Assembly (NCBI GenBank): GCA_964439265.1
Contig: CAYTOA010000012.1
Location: 11,029-75,028 of the forward strand
From: an uncultured Chitinophagaceae bacterium
Lineage (GTDB): Bacteria > Bacteroidota > Ignavibacteria > UBA10030 > UBA8401
Length of the DNA: 64,000 nucleotides
Direction of reading: 5' to 3'
Shown piece by piece: positions 1 to 8,980 of this stretch. Positions within the stretch are counted from its first letter, which is position 1. Every line of letters starts with the position of its first letter. The translations under genes and the position numbers were made by a program. Under the pieces are notes generated by a model. It worked only from the letters and a program-made list of their open reading frames with translations. It searched no databases and was not told the origin of the DNA.

Positions 1-1712
1 ACGCGGTCGAGTTTCGATTCGCTTTGTTCGAGCGACGACTCAAGCATCTGGGTTAATTCTCGTTTAGTATCTTCGGGCAATGATTTCTTGAGCGCCCACA
101 CTGCAAACACGAACGGGAGTTTTTGCCACTCATACCACTCTTTTGCGAGGTCGAAAACAAGTTCAAACCCCGGCAATCCGAATTTATTTCGGCGCAGCGC
201 TTCGTCGCCGATGAGCAGAACAGCGTCAAATTCGCTGTGGTCGTTCACACCGGAATGCATTCTCACAAGCGAAGCCTGGACATGGTACTTCTTTTTCAGC
301 AGGACCTGGAGAAGGCGGATCGAGGTCGCTGTGTCGTCGGTAATTCCGATCCGCTTGCCGTCGAGGTCTCCCCATCCCTCTTTTGAAAAAAGCATCACAC
401 TTTTGACCTGGTCTCTCGTCGCGATGCAGTAATTCATCAGGTCGAGATTTTCTTCCTGTGAAAGATAATTCATCAGCGAGAAAATCCCCGCGTCGATCTG
501 GTGCGTGATTGACAATTCACCCATCCGCCGAGGCACGACGGGGAAGATCTTGAAATGACGTTTTTCGAAATTGGCGTAAAAGGGGACGGAGTTAAGATAT
601 GGAATCTTCCCGATCACTTTCGACGAATGCAGTTTCAACGGATGATAGTAGACGTCGCGTTCGACCGGAATTTTCCCCGCATCGAGGATGATCTTGACGA
701 TCTGCTCCTTTGCGAGTTTCATCGGGCTCACAGCTCCCGCATCGTGTGCGATGTTTTCTCCGCCAACAGTGCCGTCCATGTCGTCGGCGCCGAAATTCAG
801 TGCGACGGAGGCAACTTCCTCCGTCAGCATCACCCAATATGCCTTGATGTGCGGGAAGTTATCGAGCATGAGCCGAGAGACAGCGATTGTTTTCAGGTCG
901 TCGATCGCGGACGTGAACTCGTTCTTCGGTTTGATGCCGGTAACGCCCGGTTGAAATGCGAGCGGAATAAAGGTGAGGAAGCCGCCTGTTTCATCCTGCG
1001 CCTCGCGCAGTCTTATCATGTGGAGCACGCGCTCTTCGTACGTCTCGATGTGTCCGTACAGCATCGTGGAATTTGTCGGAATGCCGAGTCGATGCGCCGT
1101 CGTGTGCACTTCAAACCATGTCCTAGCGCCGATCTTCTGGTTGAACAAAAGTTTCCGCACCCGCTCGGAAAAGACCTCAGCGCCTCCTCCCGGCATGGTG
1201 CGAAGACCGGCGTCCTTCAATTGAAGGAGCACTTCCTCGATCGTCATCTTGAATTTCTTATGGAAGAAATCTATTTCGACCGCGGTGAATGCTTTTATGT
1301 CGACGGCGGGGAAATTCTTCCTGATCTCCCTGATCATCTCTAGATAATATTTCCATTCCCAATCGGGATGCAACCCTCCGGTAATGTGTACTTCCTGAAT
1401 TTCCGGCGTCAGTTTCCCCACAATGTCTGCGATGGTCATTTCATAGGCATTGGACTGTCCCGCTTTTGTCGCAAAGTCACAGAACTTGCACGAGAGAACG
1501 CAAATATTTGTCGGCTCGATTTTCTGGTTCAGCACGTAGTATACCGCATCGCCGCTCTTTTGCTGTTGGACGGCATGCGCCATCTTTCCGATGGCAATGA
1601 GGTCGTTCGACTGGAAGATCGTAACGCCGTCGGCGAGCGAAAGCCGTTCACCGGACTGGATTTTATTCCAGATCGGCACGAGCAGCGAATCTCTGAAATT
1701 TATGTTAAGCAC
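1..1712 (-). CDS. Radical-SAM futalosine-pathway enzyme (MqnE/MqnC family) fused in frame to an MqnA-like domain; 3' end runs off the window
   Basis: Own reverse-strand translation from GTG at 1712; the ORF is absent from the track because it is open at the window edge. It reads VLNINFRDSLLVPIWNKIQSGERLS...TNICVLSCKFCDFA (CxxxCxxC radical-SAM motif)...ERDVYYHPLKLHSS. With no stop it continues KVIGKIPYLNSVPFYANF...IDAGIFSLMNY...FVFAVWALKK, which is MqnA-like. The junction is near 620. Confidence 0.8.
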   Translation of the reverse strand, partial: MLNINFRDSLLVPIWNKIQSGERLSLADGVTIFQSNDLIAIGKMAHAVQQQKSGDAVYYVLNQKIEPTNICVLSCKFCDFATKAGQSNAYEMTIADIVGKLTPEIQEVHITGGLHPDWEWKYYLEMIREIRKNFPAVDIKAFTAVEIDFFHKKFKMTIEEVLLQLKDAGLRTMPGGGAEVFSERVRKLLFNQKIGARTWFEVHTTAHRLGIPTNSTMLYGHIETYEERVLHMIRLREAQDETGGFLTFIPLAFQPGVTGIKPKNEFTSAIDDLKTIAVSRLMLDNFPHIKAYWVMLTEEVASVALNFGADDMDGTVGGENIAHDAGAVSPMKLAKEQIVKIILDAGKIPVERDVYYHPLKLHSSKVIGKIPYLNSVPFYANFEKRHFKIFPVVPRRMGELSITHQIDAGIFSLMNYLSQEENLDLMNYCIATRDQVKSVMLFSKEGWGDLDGKRIGITDDTATSIRLLQVLLKKKYHVQASLVRMHSGVNDHSEFDAVLLIGDEALRRNKFGLPGFELVFDLAKEWYEWQKLPFVFAVWALKKSLPEDTKRELTQMLESSLEQSESKLDR

Positions 1713-1730
1713 AGGAGTATTGTTTGCTTA

Positions 1731-3503
1731 TTATTTCCAATAACTTTCCCAGCGGTCGTCGACGAGTTTGACGATCTTTTCGTCCATAGCAAGTGGCTCG
1801 GGATAGCCGATCTTCCACGTGGCATCAATTCCCATGGTTCCTTTGTAAATAGGGGATATCCCGACAAGTTTTTGCTGAGTAAAATTGACGTCCCGTTCGC
1901 AGTCGAATCGCGTGAAGACACCCCAAATATAACTTTCCTGATCGTGAATATCCACATCTTCACTTACGGCGGCCACGAGTTTTATTCCGTCCAGCAAGGC
2001 CGATTTGAGCAGCCTTTTGACGACTGCGGCGCCGTCATCTTTCACTTTTACCAAAAGCAGTGCTTCCGCGATGAGATTGGTCTCCACAATTCGCCTGTCA
2101 TGGGCGGCTAATTGGTGAATAAACTGCTCGGTTTTCTTGGATACGTGCAGCGTTGACTTCGGCTTCTTTTTCTTTGTCGCATCCAGGATCATCTTGCTGC
2201 CAAGGTTCATCGTGTACGAAGTAAAGTCGAGCGTATCAAGCGGGACCTTCGGAAGCAGAATGAAATCGTAGTGCGGGTCGAACTCATCGCGGATAGCATG
2301 GAGCACTTCGCGGAAATTTCTCGGGTCGACGTCTTCCGAAACCGCGATCAAACATTTTGTCAGCGAAAGCTGCTGCGTCCCCATCAATCCGAGTGCCGTT
2401 TTCATCGCCTCCTTCTGGTATCGCTCTTCGATGGATACAACAAGGAGATTGTGAAACCCGGCTTCGTAATACGCCCACATGCTGCTGATTTCGGAGTGGA
2501 GGAGCTTGGCGAGCGGTCCGAGAATTCTCTGAGTTGCATCTCCGAGGAACTTGTCTTCCATGGGCGGAATGCCGACAACTGCGGCAGGATATATAGGATC
2601 TTTTCTGTGTGTGACGGCGGTGATATGAAAGACGGGGAATTCGGCCGCCGCAGAATAATGTCCGAAGTGATCGCCGAACGGCCCTTCGCTCCGGCGTTCC
2701 TTCGGCGGTACATATCCTTCGAGGATAAATTCCGCATTTGCCGGAACGGTGATCGAGACCGACCGTCCTCCGACAAGTTGTGTGCTTTTCTTACGGAGGA
2801 ATCCGGCGAAGAGCGCTTCATCGATTCCTTCGGGCAGCGGAGCAATTGCCGCGAGGAGCATTGCAGGGTCGGTGCCGAGTGCCACGGCGAGTTCGAGCGG
2901 CTTATTTAATTTGTCGGCCTGGTAGTAATGGAACCCTCCGCCTTTTTGGATCTGCCAGTGCATGCCGGTCGTCCTCGCATCGAAGACCTGCATCCGGTAC
3001 ATGCCGATGTTGCGCTTGCCGTTCAGCGGGTCGTGTGTGAGTACCTGCGGCAATGTGATGAACCTTCCGCCGTCCTGCGGCCAGCATTGTATGATCGGCA
3101 GATCGTTGAGATTGGGGTTCTCGACGACCTCCTGAGAGGGAGCGATCATGATATCGCTCGTCCGCGACGCGAAAAATCTACGTACCATCCCCGGATGTTT
3201 CGTGAGCGTCCTCGCGGACGGCGGAAGCGCCTCCTCGAAGAAAGAAATGAGCTTCGTGCCGAGGGCGTCGGGCTGCTCGCCGAGTGCGAGCTCGATCCGC
3301 CGTTCACTCGCCAGCGTATTGATGACGAGGGGATATTTGGCGCCTTTTACTTTTTCGAAAAGGAGGGCGGGTCTCTTTTGTTTCAGCGCGCGGCTTGCGA
3401 TCTCCGTAATTTCGAGGACCGGGTCCACCTCAAGGCTCACGCGGTGAAGCTCACCGTTCTTTTCGAGGTAGTTGACAAATTCGCGGAGGGCAGTAAAACG
3501 CAT
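1731..3503 (-). CDS. UbiD-family (prenyl-FMN dependent) decarboxylase, proposed late futalosine-pathway step (MqnL-like)
   Basis: 590-aa ORF. N-terminus MRFTALREFVNYLEKNGELHRVSLEVDPVLEITEI and the overall length are typical of UbiD. It sits in an operon with UbiX and UbiA homologues. Confidence 0.85.
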   Translation of the reverse strand: MRFTALREFVNYLEKNGELHRVSLEVDPVLEITEIASRALKQKRPALLFEKVKGAKYPLVINTLASERRIELALGEQPDALGTKLISFFEEALPPSARTLTKHPGMVRRFFASRTSDIMIAPSQEVVENPNLNDLPIIQCWPQDGGRFITLPQVLTHDPLNGKRNIGMYRMQVFDARTTGMHWQIQKGGGFHYYQADKLNKPLELAVALGTDPAMLLAAIAPLPEGIDEALFAGFLRKKSTQLVGGRSVSITVPANAEFILEGYVPPKERRSEGPFGDHFGHYSAAAEFPVFHITAVTHRKDPIYPAAVVGIPPMEDKFLGDATQRILGPLAKLLHSEISSMWAYYEAGFHNLLVVSIEERYQKEAMKTALGLMGTQQLSLTKCLIAVSEDVDPRNFREVLHAIRDEFDPHYDFILLPKVPLDTLDFTSYTMNLGSKMILDATKKKKPKSTLHVSKKTEQFIHQLAAHDRRIVETNLIAEALLLVKVKDDGAAVVKRLLKSALLDGIKLVAAVSEDVDIHDQESYIWGVFTRFDCERDVNFTQQKLVGISPIYKGTMGIDATWKIGYPEPLAMDEKIVKLVDDRWESYWK

Positions 3504-3508
3504 ACGTC

Positions 3509-4060
3509 TTATTCCAGTTCTTCGCTTCTCCAGCCCTTTGTCGTTCGCTCCCCGATGACGCCGAGAAGTTTTTCGGTGAAGGCAGAAACGTATTCATCGA
3601 CGGTTTTTGGAACGAAGTAGAGCGGAGAAGAAATGGGCATGATGACGGCGCCGTACTGAGAAAGCCGGGCGCATTGTTCTAGCGAGACCGTGGAAAGAGG
3701 AGTCTCCCGGATGCAAAGAATAAGTTTGAAACGTTCCTTCATGGCAACCTGCGCTGCGCGCGTGATAAGGGTGTCGCCGATGCCCGACGCAATTTTCCCC
3801 AGCGTCGATGTCGAGCAGGGAAGGATGACGCACGCGTCGATATGGTTCGAACCGGATGCAATAGGGGCGGCGAGGTCATCATTGGAAAACTGGTGTTTGA
3901 TGTACGGCAGCAATTCCTTTTCTGAAAGGCCGAGCTCGTCTTTCATCAGTGCCTTTCCCCATTTGCTGATGACGAGGTATTTGTCCGCCTTCGACTGCTT
4001 CAAGAAATCCAAAGCATAGACAGCTCCCGACGAACCAGTAATTCCGAGGATCACTTTCAT
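3509..4060 (-). CDS. ubiX: UbiX-family flavin prenyltransferase
   Basis: 183 aa. MKVILGITGSSGAVYALDFL N-terminus (flavoprotein fold) and ...PCSTSTLGKIASGIGDTLITRAA. Overlaps the downstream UbiA-family gene by 4 nt. Confidence 0.85.
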   Translation of the reverse strand: MKVILGITGSSGAVYALDFLKQSKADKYLVISKWGKALMKDELGLSEKELLPYIKHQFSNDDLAAPIASGSNHIDACVILPCSTSTLGKIASGIGDTLITRAAQVAMKERFKLILCIRETPLSTVSLEQCARLSQYGAVIMPISSPLYFVPKTVDEYVSAFTEKLLGVIGERTTKGWRSEELE

Positions 4061-4890
4061 GGCAAAACACTTGGAAGGATGACCATCGCGAAGATGTTGA
4101 AGCCTAGCAGGATATTTATCTTAAAGAAAGCGAGTTCAACGTCGTCCGCTTTTTTCTGCTCAAGATAAAGGAGGAGTCCGCTCAGAAGGAGCGGGGGAAT
4201 CGCAACGAAACCTTTCAATGAATGGAAAAATAGGACCACAAGGGCGATAAACGCCAGGATGTGCAGCCCGGCCGAGATCTGGAGCGCCCGCTCTTTTCCA
4301 AACCGGGATGGGAAGGAATAGAGGTTCGCGCTGCGGTCAAATGATTCGTCGAGTGTCGAATAGATGATGTCGAATCCGGTTCCCCAAAAAAGTACGAAGA
4401 CGGGGAGAATTAGTCCGGTACCGATGTTGTCGAATGACCCGCTGATCGCGAACCAGCCTCCCAGCGGTGCCATCGCCATGCCGAGGCCCACCCCGAAATG
4501 CGCGAGCGGAGTAAATCGCTTCAGATAAGGATAGACGATGAAGACAACGAGAGGAATTGGAGAGAGGCGGAAACAAAAGTCTGAAATAAGTTTTGCAGCA
4601 GTCAGGTAAAGCATCAGCCCGGCTGCGAGCACCGTGCATACCTGCCAGAGTGTAAGTTTTCCGCTCGGTAATTCACGGTTCGACGTCCGCGGATTTCTCT
4701 TGTCGATCTCGCGGTCGATGAGACGGTTGAGCGTCATCGCAACGGTGCGAGCGCCGACGGACGCCAGAAGCACGAGAAGCAGGAGTTCGTTCGGCGGCTT
4801 TTCTTTTGAGGCGAGGAACACGCCGCTGTATATCATCGGCAGCGTGAAAAGCGTATGTTCAATTTTAATAAAGCTGAGGAGCCTTTTCAA
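4057..4890 (-). CDS. UbiA-family aromatic polyprenyltransferase (MqnP-like)
   Basis: 277-aa polytopic membrane protein with the UbiA Asp-rich motif NRLIDREIDKRNPRTSNRELPSG. Operon context with UbiD/UbiX and Mqn genes. Confidence 0.8.
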   Translation of the reverse strand: MKRLLSFIKIEHTLFTLPMIYSGVFLASKEKPPNELLLLVLLASVGARTVAMTLNRLIDREIDKRNPRTSNRELPSGKLTLWQVCTVLAAGLMLYLTAAKLISDFCFRLSPIPLVVFIVYPYLKRFTPLAHFGVGLGMAMAPLGGWFAISGSFDNIGTGLILPVFVLFWGTGFDIIYSTLDESFDRSANLYSFPSRFGKERALQISAGLHILAFIALVVLFFHSLKGFVAIPPLLLSGLLLYLEQKKADDVELAFFKINILLGFNIFAMVILPSVLP

Positions 4891-5193
4891 TCGGTTGCGG
4901 CAAGAATGAGAGATGTCCGGAAATTCAGCGCTGCTTCCACAAAGACGGCGCCGTCAAACAATATCAAATTTACCCAAAAATAAGGAGCGAGTCAAGGAAG
5001 GCTTGACGGAGCGGATGACGGAGACGTTGACTAAAAAATATCCCTAGATTGAAATATTTGACGAAATGAACCGGGCAATTCTCCAGCCTCTGCCCGTGAA
5101 GTCATGGCTTCGCCTAGCTATCTGTTGTTTGGAAGTCCGAAGCAGTTTTTGTATATTTATATTCAACTTTTGCCGACGAAAACCTGAGTAATA

Positions 5194-6213
5194 ATGCACA
5201 CTGTCACTCTTATCCCCGGCGACGGAATTGGCCCAAGCATAGCTGAGGCAGCCCAACGGGTCATCGAGGCGAGCGGCGTAGCCATACAATGGGAGATTGC
5301 CCATGCCGGGATTGCCGCCATCGAGAAGTACAAAGACCCGATTCCGGAGTCGACGATCCAATCGATCCAAAAGAACAAAGTCGCCTTGAAAGGGCCGCTG
5401 ACAACGATGAGCGGCAAAGGCTTTCGAAGCGTGAACGTTGCACTGAGAAAAGAATTTGATCTTTTTATCAACCTTCGCCCCGCGAAATCGTTCGAGGGAG
5501 TATCATCGCGGTATTCGAATGTCGATGTCGTCATGTTCAGGGAGAACATCGAGGAATTCTATTCCGGCATCGAACATTATATCGATGCACAAAAGAGCGC
5601 AGCAGAAACGATCGGCATCGTCACTCGGTTTGGTTCTGAAAGAATTGTCCATGCCGCATTCGATTACGCTAGAAAATACGGCAGAAAAAAAGTAACAATC
5701 GTACATAAAGCCAACATTATGAAATTCTCCGGCGGATTATTTCTTGAAGTGGCGCGCGAAGTTGCACGGAAGTTTCCGGAAATCGAGGCAGAGGACCGCA
5801 TCGTCGACAACATGGCGATGCAGCTTGTTCTCAATCCGAATCAATTTGACGTGATCGTAACGACGAACCTCTTCGGTGATATTTTGTCCGACCTTTGCTC
5901 AGGTCTCGTCGGAGGGCTAGGGCTTGCACCTGGCGCGAATATAGGGTCCCACGCCGCGATCTTCGAAGCAGTACACGGCAGCGCTCCGGATATTGCCGGA
6001 AAAAATCTTGCAAACCCGTGCGCAATTATTCTTGCCGGCTCGATGATGCTCGATTATTTGGGGGAAGAGGCGGCGGCATTGAAGATCCATAACGCTGTCG
6101 CGAAAATTCTCAAAGAGGGGAAATTCGTGACGAAAGACTTGAACCCACGTTCAACCACGGGAACGATCGAGATGACGGATGCGATTATCAACACAATTCG
6201 TACAACATCCTAA
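5194..6213 (+). CDS. Isocitrate dehydrogenase, NAD-type (isocitrate/isopropylmalate dehydrogenase family)
   Basis: 339 aa. TLIPGDGIGPSI, KNKVALKGPLTT, SVNVALRKEFDLFINLRP, HKANIMKFSGGLF and NLFGDILSD are motifs of the beta-decarboxylating dehydrogenase family, closest in style to IDH3-type enzymes. Confidence 0.8.
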   Translation: MHTVTLIPGDGIGPSIAEAAQRVIEASGVAIQWEIAHAGIAAIEKYKDPIPESTIQSIQKNKVALKGPLTTMSGKGFRSVNVALRKEFDLFINLRPAKSFEGVSSRYSNVDVVMFRENIEEFYSGIEHYIDAQKSAAETIGIVTRFGSERIVHAAFDYARKYGRKKVTIVHKANIMKFSGGLFLEVAREVARKFPEIEAEDRIVDNMAMQLVLNPNQFDVIVTTNLFGDILSDLCSGLVGGLGLAPGANIGSHAAIFEAVHGSAPDIAGKNLANPCAIILAGSMMLDYLGEEAAALKIHNAVAKILKEGKFVTKDLNPRSTTGTIEMTDAIINTIRTTS

Positions 6214-6222
6214 GAGACGTAA

Positions 6223-7011
6223 ATGAAAAGCATGTTCCGGTTATCATTCGCAATAGCAATAACGACGCTGATCTTATCGCTTTCATTACCCGCACAGACA
6301 AGTAAGGTGGGGAGGGGAGTCAGTATTACCTGGTATGGACACTCTGCGTTCAAGATATTGACCACGAAGGGGAAAGTGATCCTCATCGACCCATGGCTTG
6401 ATAATCCGAAGGCGCCGAGCAGCGCACGAAATATCGACAGGGCCGATTTGATTTTGGTAACGCACGGGCATTTCGACCATATTGGGAATACGGTTGAGCT
6501 GGCGCAAAAATTCGACGCAACAGTGGCGTGCAACGGAGACATTGCCGCATACTTGACTAGCAAAGGGGTGAAAAAAACGGCCGTGCTCGACTATTCCGGT
6601 ACATACGAAGTCGACAATCTGAAAGTCATTATGGTCCACGCCGATCACGGCTCGACCATCGACAACAACGGGCAGAAATTGGCTGGCGGCAACGCAGCAG
6701 GATTTGTTATTCAATGCGAAAACGGAGTCACATTATACCATGCAGGCGATACGGGCGTTTTTGGCGACATGAAACTTATCTCCGAACTCTACAAGCCGGA
6801 TATCGTCATGATTCCGATCGGCGGAGTCTACACGATGGGACCGAGGGAGGCTGCGAAAGCATGCGAGCTTCTTAACCCGAAATGCATCATACCAATGCAT
6901 TACGGTACTTTTCCCGCTCTCACGGGCTCACCCGTCGATCTGAAGAGTTTCCTTCCGGCGCAGTTAAAAGGAAAGGTCGCCGACATACTCCCGGGCGATA
7001 CGGTAAATTAG
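6223..7011 (+). CDS. Secreted metallo-beta-lactamase-fold hydrolase (UPF0173-like)
   Basis: 262 aa. Signal-peptide-like N-terminus MKSMFRLSFAIAITTLILSLSLPAQ. ITWYGHSAFKI...LILVTHGHFDHIG (HxHxDH-type motif). Confidence 0.7.
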   Translation: MKSMFRLSFAIAITTLILSLSLPAQTSKVGRGVSITWYGHSAFKILTTKGKVILIDPWLDNPKAPSSARNIDRADLILVTHGHFDHIGNTVELAQKFDATVACNGDIAAYLTSKGVKKTAVLDYSGTYEVDNLKVIMVHADHGSTIDNNGQKLAGGNAAGFVIQCENGVTLYHAGDTGVFGDMKLISELYKPDIVMIPIGGVYTMGPREAAKACELLNPKCIIPMHYGTFPALTGSPVDLKSFLPAQLKGKVADILPGDTVN

Positions 7012-7041
7012 TATTTTTATGCTTTTTAGTTGTTAAGATTT

Positions 7042-7135
7042 TCTCACGCAAATCCCAAAGGGATGGCTTCGTCAGACGCAAAGTCGCAGTTTAATTAAAC
7101 GAAATAATCTTTGCGCCTCTGCGGCTTTGCGAGCG
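7042..7135. repeat. REP/MITE-like intergenic palindromic element (CGCAAAG family), copy A
   Basis: TCTCACGCAAA at the left end, and CTTTGCGCCTCTGCGGCTTTGCGAGCG at the right end (reverse complement CGCTCGCAAAGCCGCAGAGGCGCAAAG). There is an internal GACGCAAAGTCGCAG / CTGCGGCTTTGCGAG inverted pair. Related copies lie at 14614 and 39294. Confidence 0.6.
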
Positions 7136-7156
7136 ATATCGTATCATTTGTCAACT

Positions 7157-8158
7157 ATGAAAATTGGGTCGATCGACATAGCACAACCGATCCTTCTGGC
7201 GCCGATGGAAGACGTCACGGATCCCTCCTTTCGCCTGGTATGCAAACGGCTTGGCGCTGATATCCTGTACACGGAATTTGTCAACTCCGAAGGACTTGTG
7301 CGCAATTCAGAGAAGACAAAAAAGAAAATGTACTTCTCCGAAAAAGAACGCCCGTTTGGTATTCAAATCTACGGAGGCGAAGAATCGTCGATGGACGGGG
7401 CCGCGAGAATTGCAGAAAGCATGAGCCCCGACATCATCGACATCAATTGCGGATGCTGGATAAAGGGTGTAGCATTGAGGGGTGCGGGGGCGGGTCTCTT
7501 GAAAGACCTGCCGCGGATGGAGAAGATCGTTTCGGCGGTCGTGAAAGCTACCCACACTCCGGTGACCGTCAAAACACGGCTCGGATGGGATGAGAGCTCA
7601 ATTCGAATTGTCGAAGTGGCGAAAATGCTTGAAGGGATCGGTGTGCAAGGGCTTACCGTCCACTGCCGCACAAGGGCGCAGGCTCACAAAGGCATTCCGG
7701 ACTATACGTGGATTCCCAAAATAAAAGCCGCCGTCGCTATCCCGATTGTGGTGAATGGAAATATTCTCGAGGCTGCCGACGTTCCAAAAGTTTTCGCCGA
7801 AACTGGCTGTGACGGCGTAATGATCGCCCGCGGAGCAATCGACAACCCCTGGATATTCCAGCAAGCCAAGAATTTAATGAACTCGGGGACCTTAACAACT
7901 GACGTGTCGCTTGCAGAAAGAGTTGCAGTGTGCATCGAACATCTCACCTTGTCCGTTGAATACAAAGGAGAGCATTACGGTGTTCTGGAAATGCGCAAAC
8001 ATTATTCCGGCTACCTGCGCGGAATGCCGAACATTGCCAAACTGCGCGCCGAGTTAATGACGTATGCGACGGCAGAACCGATTGTCGAACGGCTGGCCCG
8101 ATTTGCGGAAGAAGTCCCCGCGGAACCTGAGCCTGCAGCAGGAATTATTTTTGCCTAA
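7157..8158 (+). CDS. dusB: tRNA-dihydrouridine synthase
   Basis: LLAPMEDVTDPSFRLVCKRLGADILYTEFV and NCGCW...VTVKTRLGWD...LTVHCRTR are Dus-family motifs. ATG at 7157 is preferred over the track's TTG at 7127, which lies inside the repeat element. Confidence 0.85.
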   Translation: MKIGSIDIAQPILLAPMEDVTDPSFRLVCKRLGADILYTEFVNSEGLVRNSEKTKKKMYFSEKERPFGIQIYGGEESSMDGAARIAESMSPDIIDINCGCWIKGVALRGAGAGLLKDLPRMEKIVSAVVKATHTPVTVKTRLGWDESSIRIVEVAKMLEGIGVQGLTVHCRTRAQAHKGIPDYTWIPKIKAAVAIPIVVNGNILEAADVPKVFAETGCDGVMIARGAIDNPWIFQQAKNLMNSGTLTTDVSLAERVAVCIEHLTLSVEYKGEHYGVLEMRKHYSGYLRGMPNIAKLRAELMTYATAEPIVERLARFAEEVPAEPEPAAGIIFA

Positions 8159-8294
8159 GGATTTTGCGATTCTTCTTCAATTCCTTTATCTTCATACGTC
8201 ATCGAAAAAACATTGCCGCCTGCACTTTCAATACTATCTTATGTGACAGTGCTTGTCGTAATTGCCTAACGCTGCCTCAGAATATTAGATTTAG

Positions 8295-8912
8295 ATGATC
8301 GCATTCATCGTGGGATTTGTTGTCGGTTTTTTCACCACCATTCCTGTCGGCCCTATCAACATCGCTGTTATGACAAAAGGGTTGTCGGGCAAGACCGGTC
8401 AGGGACTTATGATCGGAGCAGGTTCAGGGTGGATGGATATCGTCTATTGCGCGGCGGCGATGTTCGGCATCTCGTCACTGAACTCGAACCCAAAAATTGA
8501 ACTCATTTTTCGAATTGCAACGTTCGCAGTTTTCTTTTTACTTGGGATCAGAACGACGTTCTTCAACGTGCGAGAAGCAAAAGTGTCGAAGAGCGAAGAT
8601 TCCCCAGGTTTCAAACGATATTTTCTTCTTGGTATTGTCCTCTATCTTTCAAATCCTTCCTTCATTGCCTATTGGATCACCGTTGCCGGTATTATTCACG
8701 GATATCATATTCTCGAAGCCACGTCATACAATAATTTATTTTTTTCGCTTGGCACCGGGTTCGGAACGACCGGATGGTTTTTCATCCTTCTTGAACTCGT
8801 CGAAAAGCAGAAAATGAAACTTGACAAAGCGTTGATAGAAAAAATTACCCGCGGTTTCGGCATTATCCTATTGCTCATCAGCCTGTTTATGGGATATAAG
8901 TTGATCTCGTAA
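8295..8912 (+). CDS. LysE/RhtB-family amino-acid exporter
   Basis: 205-aa multi-TM protein with an N-terminus TTIPVGPINIAVMTKG typical of LysE-type translocators. Confidence 0.65.
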   Translation: MIAFIVGFVVGFFTTIPVGPINIAVMTKGLSGKTGQGLMIGAGSGWMDIVYCAAAMFGISSLNSNPKIELIFRIATFAVFFLLGIRTTFFNVREAKVSKSEDSPGFKRYFLLGIVLYLSNPSFIAYWITVAGIIHGYHILEATSYNNLFFSLGTGFGTTGWFFILLELVEKQKMKLDKALIEKITRGFGIILLLISLFMGYKLIS

Positions 8913-8980
8913 CCAGCCGGAACCGTACGCGCGAATTCATTGCCAACTATCCCTGAATCATTTTTTGGAGGAAAAGTACT

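Noticed and set aside
555-2111. Plus-strand track ORFs of 262 aa (555-1343) and 247 aa (1368-2111)
   Set aside because: They are antisense to the strongly supported MqnE/C-MqnA fusion and the UbiD-family gene. They carry no recognisable motifs, and their composition is typical of shadow ORFs.
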